Shown here: positions 28,847 to 37,804 of the stretch, piece by piece
Position numbering within the stretch: position 1 is the stretch's first letter
Layout of the letters: every line of letters starts with the position of its first letter
NCBI GenBank assembly: GCA_965208325.1
Contig: OZ242326.1
Span: forward strand, 4,288,001 to 4,352,000
Direction of reading: 5' to 3'
Source of the DNA: Candidatus Poribacteria bacterium
Lineage (GTDB): Bacteria; Poribacteria; WGA-4E; PCPOR2b
Length of the DNA stretch: 64,000 bases
Notes under the pieces: generated by a model
The model's database searches: none
What the model was told of the DNA's origin: nothing
What the model saw: only the letters and a program-made list of their open reading frames with translations
Translations under genes and position numbers: made by a program

Positions 28847-29818
28847 GTGGCGCCAGCGATTTTGCAGGCGAATTTCATCGATGTATGCATCCTTAACCTA
28901 GACGTATGTCAGATTGGTCGAAAATGGTGTGGGGGAAATTTTATTCGAATCGAAAATGTGACGGATTTCAATCTGGCGCATACGCTTGAGTGTGGGCAGT
29001 CGTTCAGATGGAAGCGAGTTGACGATGGGTATTACGGCGTCGTTGATGGAAGACTACTCAACATTTTCCAAGACGGGGAAGCGCTGGTTGTAAAGAGTTC
29101 CGCCGAAGAAGACCACAATCAACTTGAAGTTTTTCTTAATCACTACCTCGACCTGAATCGAAATCTGCCGTTAGTTCTTGAGGCAGTGGACATTGATGCA
29201 ACGATTCATAGAGCGATTGAGACGTTTTGGGGGATGCGAATTCTGAACCAAGACGTATGGGAATGTATCGCCTCGTTCATCCTTTCCCAAAATAACAACG
29301 TGCCTAGAACCAAGGGATTAATTGAAACGATTTCCGCACGATTCGGGGAGAAACTTACATTTGCAAATAGGGTTGACTACACCTTCCCAACCCCGCTATC
29401 CCTCGCCCAAGCCGGGGTTGACGCCCTGTTTGATTGCCGTATGGGATACCGTGCGCCTTATCTCTGGGAGGCTGCATCAGTAATCGCAGCGGGAAAATGC
29501 GACCTTCAGGCGCTAAAGATTTTGCCATACGCTGAAGCGAAATTAGAATTGATGGGATTTCAAGGAATTGGCGAGAAGGTCGCCGATTGCGTGTGCGTGT
29601 TTTCGTTAGGGCATATAGAAGCAATCCCCATTGATGTGTGGATGAAACGCATCATAGAACACGTCTACTTGCGGCGCAGAGCCTCAATTCGGGAGATTCG
29701 CGAGTTCGCCCAAAACTATTTCGGTGAATTTCTCGGCTACGCACAGCAATACCTTTTTCACTACGGCCGCACGGTTGGATTTGAACAATCCTTAACTGCG
29801 AAACCGGGTGGTGGATGA
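28847..29818 (+). CDS. 8-oxoguanine DNA glycosylase (OGG1-like, HhH-GPD); start uncertain
   Basis: TLECGQSFRW, SFILSQNNNVPR, GYRAPY, GIGEKVADCV, PIDVWM, GYAQQYLF. Confidence 0.9.
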   Translation: MAPAILQANFIDVCILNLDVCQIGRKWCGGNFIRIENVTDFNLAHTLECGQSFRWKRVDDGYYGVVDGRLLNIFQDGEALVVKSSAEEDHNQLEVFLNHYLDLNRNLPLVLEAVDIDATIHRAIETFWGMRILNQDVWECIASFILSQNNNVPRTKGLIETISARFGEKLTFANRVDYTFPTPLSLAQAGVDALFDCRMGYRAPYLWEAASVIAAGKCDLQALKILPYAEAKLELMGFQGIGEKVADCVCVFSLGHIEAIPIDVWMKRIIEHVYLRRRASIREIREFAQNYFGEFLGYAQQYLFHYGRTVGFEQSLTAKPGGG

Positions 29819-30015
29819 TGCAATAACCGAAATCCTTTTAAGCTATTAAATCTGCGAGCGGCGTTACAAAACTTGCAGTGCGTTCAATCCAGAGTAAATT
29901 CCACCGCCTAATGCGCATTATTCGAAGGTCAGACCGTATCATAGGAATAGTTTTCGCCAGCTGCAATCCTTAACAACTTTTCAACAGAATTGAGATAAAT
30001 TAAGGAGAATCTTAC

Positions 30016-30930
30016 ATGCTCGAAGAATTACGCGAGACCGTACTCACAGATTTAGAACAGCGTGTTGCACGTGCAATTGAGCTGATTGAGCAATTGAGGC
30101 AGGATAAGCGGACACTAGAATCGCAGATTAGCGAACTCCACGAGCAAATTCAGGCAAAAGATGAATATATCGAATCGCTTGAAAAACGGAATGCCGAATT
30201 ACAATACGCTGAATCGGAGTTAGAAACGCTCAGAGCGAAACAAGAGCAAGATCGCGAAGAAATTGATATAGAAAAAGCTGAACTTCGCGATCGGCTCGAA
30301 GGGGTCATGAATCTACTCAACGGGACTGATGACAGCCCAGATTCATCCTTGGAACAGCCGGCCGATGTAGAAGATGAACCTGCAGCGGCGTCTGAATCAG
30401 CCGCAGGTGCGGAACTGACAAATAATGAAGTACCTGAATCGCCGCTAGATTACGACGCAGACCCGCCTGAAGAAGAAGAGGCGGCTGCTGAAGATGATGA
30501 ACCAATAACCGAATCGTCCGAATCAATTGACGATGAGGAGACATTTGAACCGACTGAATCTTCGCTAGATTCTGACACCGCCGCGGCGGAAGAAGTAGCG
30601 GTTAGTGCTGGCGATGACCAAGAAATAGCCGAATCGACAGAGATGACTGAATCGATCGCAGATGACGAAACAGACGAAATACCTGAATTGCCGCTAGAAT
30701 CTGACTCACCCGCGGCGGAAGCCATGGAGGCGGCTGCCGTCGCTGACGACCCAAAATCCGAGTCGTCTGATTTATCGTTCCCTGAGGACGAAACCACTGA
30801 ACCACCTGAATTGCCAAACGAGGAGTCAATCTCTACATCTGAATCAGCACCGGATTCTGACGCGCCCACCGAAGAAGAGGACGCGCAAACTGAGACAGAA
30901 CGTCATGTGATACATCCGCCATGGGAATGA
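30016..30930 (+). CDS. ZapB-like coiled-coil protein with a long acidic repetitive tail
   Basis: LEQRVARAIELIEQLRQ...LRDRLEGVMNLL resembles ZapB; ~200-aa E/D/S/P-rich tail; AAGGAG RBS. Confidence 0.65.
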   Translation: MLEELRETVLTDLEQRVARAIELIEQLRQDKRTLESQISELHEQIQAKDEYIESLEKRNAELQYAESELETLRAKQEQDREEIDIEKAELRDRLEGVMNLLNGTDDSPDSSLEQPADVEDEPAAASESAAGAELTNNEVPESPLDYDADPPEEEEAAAEDDEPITESSESIDDEETFEPTESSLDSDTAAAEEVAVSAGDDQEIAESTEMTESIADDETDEIPELPLESDSPAAEAMEAAAVADDPKSESSDLSFPEDETTEPPELPNEESISTSESAPDSDAPTEEEDAQTETERHVIHPPWE

Positions 30931-32066
30931 GTCCGCTTCGGATTTTGGTTCTATCCCATTCATATATCATGATGCCTTATCGCCGGAAATTCGCATTAAT
31001 TGGCGAAAAACCGGACGTTGAAATGCGCGTAGTCACGCCTAACCGATGGTATGAAAGTTTTCAAGAAATTGTCTTCCAACCCGATCCGACAACACGTTGC
31101 GGCGAATTTCCGCACCCGGTCCGGTTTTCAGGGTATAGCAGTCGTTTTTACTATCGCCGCGATTTAAAAAGACATTTCAAATCGTTTCAACCCCACATTA
31201 TTCACCTTGAAGAAGAAGCTTGGAGCCTGAACGCACTCCAAACCTTACATCTCAGACAGAAATTTTGCCCGCACAGCCGATTTATTTTTCGGACTTCATT
31301 AAGTATTCCGACCAAACAGCGGTTTGGATTCCTACCCATCTGGATTGAACGGCGCAGTTTTCGGGAGGCTGTTGCCGCATTGCCCTTAAGCCAAAATGCT
31401 GCACAAATCTTGAGGCAACGCGGTTATAGTGGAAAATTAACTCCGATTTCGAACGGTGTAGATCTTCGCCTATTTCGCAAATTGGAGATGAGTTATCTCC
31501 AAGCGCAACTCGGCCTAAAAAGTGGTTTCGTAATTGGCTACATTGGCCGTCTATTGTATATGAAGGGTCTTGATACGCTTCTTCAATCGGCGGCGGTTCT
31601 TGAAATGGATTACCAACTATTGATAGTCGGGCAAGGTGAGTACAAGCCGGAGTTAATCAAGTTAGCGGATTCGCTCGGCATAGCCAATCGCGTGGTTTGG
31701 ATAGATGGCGTGCCGCCTGAAAATGTCCCGGAATATATTAACTGTATGGATACACTTGTTTTACCTTCACGTACGACGCCGGGCTGGGTTGAGTTTTTCG
31801 GACGGGTGCTCATTGAGGGGATGGCGTGTGAAGTTCCGGTGATTGGGTCCGATTCCGGCGAAATCCCCAACGTCATCGGTGACGCCGGTCTGGTGTTCCA
31901 AGAGGAAGATGCACGGGCATTGGCGAATCAAATCACAGTCATAGCGTCGGACGAGTCGATTCGTGCACAATGCGTCCAGCGCGGTTTAGAACGTGTTAAG
32001 AGATTCACGTGGGAATCCATTGCTCAAGAGACTTATGCGGTCTACCGTGACCTTGTACCGGCATAG
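30927..32066 (+). CDS. Glycosyltransferase family 4
   Basis: NGVDL, GYIGRL..KG, LPSRT...EFFGRVLIEGMACEVPVIGSDSG; ATGA overlap with the upstream stop. Confidence 0.92.
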   Translation: MSPLRILVLSHSYIMMPYRRKFALIGEKPDVEMRVVTPNRWYESFQEIVFQPDPTTRCGEFPHPVRFSGYSSRFYYRRDLKRHFKSFQPHIIHLEEEAWSLNALQTLHLRQKFCPHSRFIFRTSLSIPTKQRFGFLPIWIERRSFREAVAALPLSQNAAQILRQRGYSGKLTPISNGVDLRLFRKLEMSYLQAQLGLKSGFVIGYIGRLLYMKGLDTLLQSAAVLEMDYQLLIVGQGEYKPELIKLADSLGIANRVVWIDGVPPENVPEYINCMDTLVLPSRTTPGWVEFFGRVLIEGMACEVPVIGSDSGEIPNVIGDAGLVFQEEDARALANQITVIASDESIRAQCVQRGLERVKRFTWESIAQETYAVYRDLVPA

Positions 32067-32145
32067 CGAATTTCAGTTGCAAACAACACACTAACGCATT
32101 GAACGTTGATGGCACGTCCGCGGTTGCTCATGGATACCAGATGAC

Positions 32146-33297
32146 GTGACTTCCTTAATCTTTCGAAAAACCGATAAACCGTTGAAGGGTTGCAAAATGG
32201 GAGATGCGTATTTTGGCGAAAAACGCCCATTCCAATACCTCACTTTCTACGTTAGGTTAATCCCTCCAAGGCACGCCGACGTGACGCGCCATGCGTGTTA
32301 CGCGTCGCGTTTCAAATTTTACGCGCTCGCCGGTTTTTTCCTAGCCGTTAGTCTGGTCTCTGCGCCGCGCAGTGCCGCAGATGCCGGATCTCCGCAAAGC
32401 CAAAAACCAATTGATTATGTTGTTGCTGTGGTAAATGATAGGGCAATCACATTGAGTGCACTGGAAAACGAACTGATCATTAGACAGATTCGAGAGTCAT
32501 CGGACGGGGTGAATCGAGCGCGGTTATTGAAAAATCTCATCGAACAAAATCTGTTGTTGCAGGAGGCAGAACGGTGGGGAATTCCACTGGCACGCTGGAA
32601 GGATAAGGTCAATGCAGAGGTCGAGGATATCAAATCCAAATACGACTCGGAATTGCTGTTTTTTGAGGAACTTGAAGAAAGCGGGTTGGAATTTAAAGAT
32701 TTGGAGGAGTGGATTAAATCTCGTTTAATCTTGAACGAGCTGATAGTCCGCCGATTTCATAGCAAATTTGATAAGGAGGCTATTGAACAGGCTGCGATTC
32801 AATACTTCAAGCAAAACCAGTTCTTTCAATTCCAATATATCATAGTGTTCTCAAGCCCTGAAGATTCGCTTGATCAACAAGCCCAAACGAAGCAAATCGC
32901 GGAGAAGATTTACACGCGGTTGCAAGCGGGCGCGGAGTTTGACGACATTCAACAAACCTACGAATCTGCGCCCAATGTTAAGGTGGAGTACCAGCCTCAA
33001 ATCATTGCCGCTGACACCAAGTTGGGACGAACCGTTGCAAAACTTGGGAACAATGAACTGAGCCACCCTATTTTAACGCCCGAAGGCTTCCTAATCTGCA
33101 AATTGATGGACGAATCGTCGCCATATTGGAAATCTGATGAAGCGGCTATTGAAGATATAAAAATTACGATGATTCAGAAGGAAGAGAGATCGCAAGTTGA
33201 CGCGTGGTTAAAGGCGCAGTGGGAGGTGGGGAGTATTCGTATCTTGGATGCCGAACTGGCGCATATACAGACGACCGAACACCAACCAGAGCATTAA
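32146..33297 (+). CDS. SurA/parvulin-like periplasmic chaperone; start uncertain, possibly GTG 32281
   Basis: Signal peptide, then IDYVVAVVNDRAITLS (SurA N-domain), LIEQNLLLQEA, degenerate rotamase LQAGAEF...LSHPILTPEGF. Confidence 0.75.
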   Translation: MTSLIFRKTDKPLKGCKMGDAYFGEKRPFQYLTFYVRLIPPRHADVTRHACYASRFKFYALAGFFLAVSLVSAPRSAADAGSPQSQKPIDYVVAVVNDRAITLSALENELIIRQIRESSDGVNRARLLKNLIEQNLLLQEAERWGIPLARWKDKVNAEVEDIKSKYDSELLFFEELEESGLEFKDLEEWIKSRLILNELIVRRFHSKFDKEAIEQAAIQYFKQNQFFQFQYIIVFSSPEDSLDQQAQTKQIAEKIYTRLQAGAEFDDIQQTYESAPNVKVEYQPQIIAADTKLGRTVAKLGNNELSHPILTPEGFLICKLMDESSPYWKSDEAAIEDIKITMIQKEERSQVDAWLKAQWEVGSIRILDAELAHIQTTEHQPEH

Positions 33298-33468
33298 TCT
33301 TAGGCGTGTGAACTCAACTCAAATCCCTCGTTGCAGCGCGTTGGTTAGGCTAGTAAATGACGGATTCATTCCAAAATTTGTAAACTTAGGTTTTCGAAGT
33401 TTGTAGATTTATGTTGTGCTCCGCTGTAAACGTCTATTAACCCATAACGTGAAAGGAAAATCGAGACT

Positions 33469-33900
33469 ATGGTTTTAACATTTTTGAATAAACATAGACA
33501 TATTGGGCTTTTAATTCTCCGTATTGGACTGGGGTGCATGTTCCTCATTCACGGCGGCCCCAAGCTGTTTGGCGGACCTGAGAAATGGGAAAAAATCGGC
33601 ATGGCGATGAATTACCTTGGCATTGGGTTCATACCAGCGTTTTGGGGGTTCATGGCTGCAATTTCAGAGTTCATAGGGGGTGCCTGCCTAATTCTCGGAC
33701 TATTCTTCAGGCCGGCGTGTATCCTTTTAACGATTACCATGCTGGTCGCCGCTATCTTCCATCTGGGTCGAGGCGATGGTTTTTCGGGAGCGGCTCACCC
33801 CATCGAAGTTGGCATCGTTTTTCTGAGTTTAATCCTGATTGGAGCAGGAAACTATAGCCTTGACGAAAGACTCAACCCTCGACAAAGCGAGGATGGCTAG
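33469..33900 (+). CDS. DoxX family membrane protein
   Basis: GLLILRIGLG.MF..HG.PKL, EFIGG.CLILGLFFR, GAGNYSLD. Confidence 0.92.
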   Translation: MVLTFLNKHRHIGLLILRIGLGCMFLIHGGPKLFGGPEKWEKIGMAMNYLGIGFIPAFWGFMAAISEFIGGACLILGLFFRPACILLTITMLVAAIFHLGRGDGFSGAAHPIEVGIVFLSLILIGAGNYSLDERLNPRQSEDG

Positions 33901-33904
33901 TTTT

Positions 33905-34194
33905 GTAGGTTAGGTTTCGCTGCGTCCATCGTATTTTGCATGCAGTTTGCCTAACAAAGCGGTTTGATATAATAGACATCTTTCCAAATTAATTCCGCCG
34001 CCCGATAGCACCAGACGGGATCTTCGATCGTCAAATCGAAGATAGTTTTTTCAGGCATGTTCAGAAACCACATTCGACAACGTTCCAAAATATTTTCAGA
34101 GTCCGATGTTGCTTCAGTTTTGTCAACCACATTGAGTAAATTAGGAAAGATGTCTAATGAACAACTTCCAATGTACCCGCTCTATCCAACCTAC
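33905..34194 (-). repeat. GTAG-REP long element (copy C), interrupted by a MITE
   Basis: After removing 33974-34155 and one AAT, 33909-34194 aligns without gaps over 101 nt to copy B (~75% identity by manual count). Confidence 0.8.
33974..34155. mobile_element. 182-bp MITE with 17-bp TIRs and 3-bp AAT target duplication
   Basis: AGACATCTTTCCAAATT...AATTAGGAAAGATGTCT (16/17 match); AAT at 33971-73 and 34156-58; the empty site matches the paralogous repeat. Confidence 0.85.
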
Positions 34195-34218
34195 AAATGC
34201 TGTCGCGGGGAAGTTCTT

Positions 34219-34320
34219 GTAGGTTGGGTAGAGCGGTGATGGTGAGACAGTCGAAGTATGCCGCAGGGTATTCGTTCGATGAGATTTGTTGATAATTTTT
34301 ATAGTGAAGCGAAACCCAAC
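34219..34320 (+). repeat. GTAG-REP long element (copy A)
   Basis: GTAGGTTGGGTAGAGCG, 73-nt interior, GCGAAACCCAAC. Confidence 0.8.
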
Positions 34321-34459
34321 GTTTTTGGAGCGTTCGGGTAACCGGTTGTCGGCCTAAACGACGGGGACGATCGGAATAGGAAAAAACAAGGCGTTGTTTG
34401 GTGTTCGGAGTGGCAGGTTGAATACGGAATCGTATTGGAATGCTGGAGGTTTTAAGGAC

Positions 34460-34560
34460 GTTGGGTTTCGCTGCGTTCATCGTATCTTGTGCGCCGTCAG
34501 CGTAACAGAGCGATTCGTTTTAATGTGCGGTTTTCGGTTTACCCGCTCTACCCAACCTAC
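34460..34560 (-). repeat. GTAG-REP long element (copy B), inverted relative to A
   Basis: GTTGGGTTTCGC, 72-nt interior, CGCTCTACCCAACCTAC. Confidence 0.8.
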
Positions 34561-34665
34561 AAGAACAGAGTAAACATTATCCCAATTTACTACTGATACT
34601 TTCGCGAAGCAGGGCGGTATATCCCGCGTGCTTGTCCTAACGCTTACCCAAACACGGACTAAAAA

Positions 34666-35625
34666 ATGAACGTCGAGAGAGATTATTTCTGGTTTCGGCT
34701 CTTTAAGACGCGTGATATCGGTACCAAGTCTTTGATCGAGATTGACAAAATTCTCGAAAAGAAGAACCGCACCGCTGAAATCTCTTCGTGGAGCCATAGC
34801 GACCTTTTGATGCAATATCCGGAATTAGCGGAATTCTTTTCCAAAATCTCTGAAGAAGATGAGAACGCGGTGCATGAAGAGTATGAGGAACTCAAAAGCA
34901 ATAGTGTTGAAATTATCTACCCGTCGCACCCCAATATTCCGCCAAATTCCCTTGAAATTGCACCGATTCTATTTTTAAAGGGAAAACGAACGCTGCTCGC
35001 TTCCAATGGGGTTGCAATCGTAGGATCGCGGAATGTGTCAGATACGGGGATTTGCGTGGCGGGGAAAATCGCCGCTGAACTCGCGAACGAAGCATTAAAC
35101 GTTGTATCCGGATACGCCAAGGGCGTGGACTCCAAAGCCCACTTGAGTGCGTTAGCCGCAGAGGGAACAACTACGATAGTACTTCCCTACGGCATCAAGG
35201 AATTGCGTCAGAAAAAAGCACTGAAAGAATTTGACTGGCGGCGAGATGTGCTGGCAGTTTCGCAATTTGCACCGGGCGCCAAGTGGCTAGCGCGGAACGC
35301 GATGGTTCGGAATAACCTCATTTGTGCGCTTTCCAAGGCTGTAGTCGTGATTGAATCGGGACCTGAACGAGACGCAAAGGGTAAAATGTCAGGAACTTTC
35401 AACACCGCACAAACGGCGCTACGCATGAAGTTACCGCTGTTTGTCATAAATCCGGAATGCTTTGACAATCCTCCGATTGGTAACGCTAACCTAATTGACC
35501 TAGGCGGTGAACGCCTCAATCCAGACGGCGCCGCGAAGACGATTTCCGAACGCATTTTTGCCGCACAAACGGAATTGTCTCCCGGCAAAAAGCAGGATTC
35601 TCATGTGCAATTGGAGTTCTTGTAG
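34666..35625 (+). CDS. dprA: DprA/Smf-family (SLOG fold) protein, non-canonical type
   Basis: VAIVGSR, VVSGYAKGVDSKAH, AMVRNNLICALS, SGTFNTA; no C-terminal winged helix evident. Confidence 0.85.
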   Translation: MNVERDYFWFRLFKTRDIGTKSLIEIDKILEKKNRTAEISSWSHSDLLMQYPELAEFFSKISEEDENAVHEEYEELKSNSVEIIYPSHPNIPPNSLEIAPILFLKGKRTLLASNGVAIVGSRNVSDTGICVAGKIAAELANEALNVVSGYAKGVDSKAHLSALAAEGTTTIVLPYGIKELRQKKALKEFDWRRDVLAVSQFAPGAKWLARNAMVRNNLICALSKAVVVIESGPERDAKGKMSGTFNTAQTALRMKLPLFVINPECFDNPPIGNANLIDLGGERLNPDGAAKTISERIFAAQTELSPGKKQDSHVQLEFL

Positions 35626-35667
35626 GTTGGGTAGAGCGAGTGCGGCGAGTCGGAAATCGTTCCTGCA
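35622..35667 (+). repeat. Hybrid REP element (copy D) supplying the dprA stop codon
   Basis: GTAGGTTGGGTAGAGCG...GGAAATCGTTCCTGC; TAG 35623-25 is the dprA stop. Confidence 0.7.
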
Positions 35668-35753
35668 GAGAGAGAGTAAGTTCCAGATTCGCAATGAAAC
35701 GTTTCTCCGTGCCGTGACATACGAGCAGTGCAAAAGAATATGAGAAATCTGAA

Positions 35754-36977
35754 TTAATCCTCCAGTGGGTTATCATTCGTTTTTGGGTGCTTCGCAAGTT
35801 GTTCTGAATCTATCAACTTAAATTTTCCGTTGTTCTGGTCCGTCAAGGAGACCAACAGTTGAGCTCCCATCGGACGGTGCAAATTTATTTCAAGTCCGAT
35901 AACGTAAATGCTAGCATTGTTGACATTCTTCGCTCGAACGGTCTCAAGTATTTTCCTAGAATCAGTTTCAATATAGACTTGCGTGTTTTGGCCTGCCGTG
36001 GGCACTCCATCGGTGACCAACACGATGACAGACGTGTCAGTTTCAAGGGCTTTTTCAACCGCTGCAAGTAGGTTTGTCCCTTGGTAATTCGCGATGCGTT
36101 CAGGGGTAAATCGATTGAGGTATTTTGACGCTATTTCAATATTTTCAAGCGTCGCAGGCAAGAGCGATTTGCTCATCAGTGTAGCTTGAGCCGAGAACGT
36201 GACAATATTGAAATTATCGTCGCTGCCAAGCGAACGCAGCGATTGTTTAATTGACTGAAGTGCGAGTTCAAGTTTCTTCAATCCTGCTACCTGCATACTT
36301 GCAGAGACATCAAGGCAATAGACGATGTTTTGCGGGCCTTCAAACTCGTCAAGAAAGTCGATGATACCCAATTTATCGCCGATTCCCGAATTCCCACCCC
36401 CGCCAAGCAGTCCGTCAATGGAATCGCCGTAAGAATCAACACCGAACATCCCGTTGCGCTGCCCGGGTACCCGCACACGTCCCGTGACCTTGCCCTGCCC
36501 GTCCACCGGTCCAGGGTGGGAAACCAGCCGTTCAAGATTTGATGCTTCAGCGTCACGGAGTTGGGCGTCCGTCATTAATTCAGGAATCTTCTCACTTGGC
36601 GCTGCCGTGTTGACTTCGATATTTTTGTACACAATCCGTTCACTGAGACGCATGACTTCTCGAATTTTGTTGGGTGAGGATTCGGCGAGTTTGTTTTTTG
36701 CCTCGCGCGCAAGCAGTTCATCGGGTCTGCGGACTGTCTTTTTTAACGGCGGTTTGGTCTTGGGCTGCCGCAGTTTCAGTTTAGGTAAGTCCTTGACCCA
36801 TTCCACGGCTATGCTATCTTCGTCTTTGACAGGTTTCTGCTGAAGGACAAAAAGATAGATGATTACAGCGATGAGGTGAAAGATTAACGACAGGAGCAGC
36901 GCCGAACGCCTCTGAGTTTTGCTGCGCTCAATCTGCTCTTGTCTGGCAGCCAAGGTTGTCAATTGTAACGTTGTCAT
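35754..36977 (-). CDS. Membrane-anchored vWA-domain protein
   Basis: N-terminal TM SLIFHLIAVIIY; K/P-rich linker; MIDAS DVSAS...FNIVTFS...GTNL...LVTDG. Confidence 0.88.
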   Translation of the reverse strand: MTTLQLTTLAARQEQIERSKTQRRSALLLSLIFHLIAVIIYLFVLQQKPVKDEDSIAVEWVKDLPKLKLRQPKTKPPLKKTVRRPDELLAREAKNKLAESSPNKIREVMRLSERIVYKNIEVNTAAPSEKIPELMTDAQLRDAEASNLERLVSHPGPVDGQGKVTGRVRVPGQRNGMFGVDSYGDSIDGLLGGGGNSGIGDKLGIIDFLDEFEGPQNIVYCLDVSASMQVAGLKKLELALQSIKQSLRSLGSDDNFNIVTFSAQATLMSKSLLPATLENIEIASKYLNRFTPERIANYQGTNLLAAVEKALETDTSVIVLVTDGVPTAGQNTQVYIETDSRKILETVRAKNVNNASIYVIGLEINLHRPMGAQLLVSLTDQNNGKFKLIDSEQLAKHPKTNDNPLED

Positions 36978-37059
36978 TGTAGACTCCTCAATTCATCGGG
37001 CGAATCCATCACAGAATCTCTTGAATCTAGCTGCGGGATCATCAACACAATATAAATAT

Positions 37060-37075
37060 AGCAATTAATGTGCCA
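37060..37075 (-). promoter_or_regulatory. sigma54 (-24/-12) promoter for the vWA gene
   Basis: Minus strand reads TGGCAC-ATTAA-TTGCT, an exact consensus with correct spacing, ~85 bp before the start codon. Confidence 0.75.
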
Positions 37076-37215
37076 TAAGGAAGTATGCGCTACACTTTTG
37101 CACATTGTGCTAGAAAATGAGCGAAAAACTGTCATCTATCAGAAACATATAAAGGGAATCCTGTGGTAATCTTGATACAGAAGCGGCACTAGAATGAGAC
37201 GCGAATCAATTTCTT

Positions 37216-37281
37216 GTAAGTTGGGTAGAGCGATTGGCCGAATATGTGCCGCGAATGCCGCGATTAGGAAATCGCTCCTAC
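37216..37281 (+). repeat. Hybrid REP element (copy E)
   Basis: GTAAGTTGGGTAGAGCG...CGCGATTAGGAAATCGCTCCTAC; the right arm is a second GTAG hairpin family. Confidence 0.7.
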
Positions 37282-37388
37282 AAGGGGAGCAAAAAAACTT
37301 ACCGCCATTTTTCCCTTGACACGCCAACTTACCATTATGTATAATCTGGCAAGATTCTGCTAAAATTCATGAAGTTATATAACGGCGA

Positions 37389-37429
37389 GGCGAGGGCGCT
37401 GTATCGTGTCTACCCTCGTTTTTTTTTTT
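37389..37429 (+). terminator. Intrinsic terminator with no coding gene upstream on this strand
   Basis: CGAGGG...CCCTCG stem followed by 11 T. Confidence 0.65.
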
Positions 37430-37696
37430 GCTTGAAAAAACACAACATGTGTACAACCCGATCCGTGAAACGTGTCCCAAAAATGGAATTCTCGATTTAA
37501 GGGCACAAAAGGGCACAAAAGGACACATTGCGTCAGGCGCATTGAGAGGACGTTCGATACGCCGCGGAGCTAGTGTTTAACGTGTTTCTTAAGCAATCGA
37601 ATGTGCCAAAATCAAAATAAATTTTGCCGATTGGGGAAAGTGCCCCCGAGGGCAAAATCGCGGCAGCGGGGACACGAATCTTTAAACGATTTGCGG

Positions 37697-37725
37697 TTGA
37701 CACTCAAACACGATACGAATATAAT
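37697..37725 (+). promoter_or_regulatory. sigma70 promoter of the TPAT operon
   Basis: TTGACA, 17 bp, TATAAT. Confidence 0.75.
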
Positions 37726-37804
37726 ACACGAGCAATGGTGGATTTTCAATTCGCACCGAGGTTTTTCAAGCGCTTCATAATGTTAATCGCCTACGGAATT
37801 CAAG

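Noticed and set aside
33905..34560. CRISPR-like reading of the repeats with variable interiors
   Set aside because: Units are in mixed orientation with GTAG REP hallmarks, two interiors are homologous, and no cas genes are present.
37370..37500. 43-codon ORF MKLYNGEAR... as a leader peptide
   Set aside because: No RBS, runs through the terminator poly-T, no informative codon run.
37593..37608. Second sigma54-like motif TGGCAC-N6-TTGC on the minus strand
   Set aside because: Spacing is one base too long for -24/-12 recognition.
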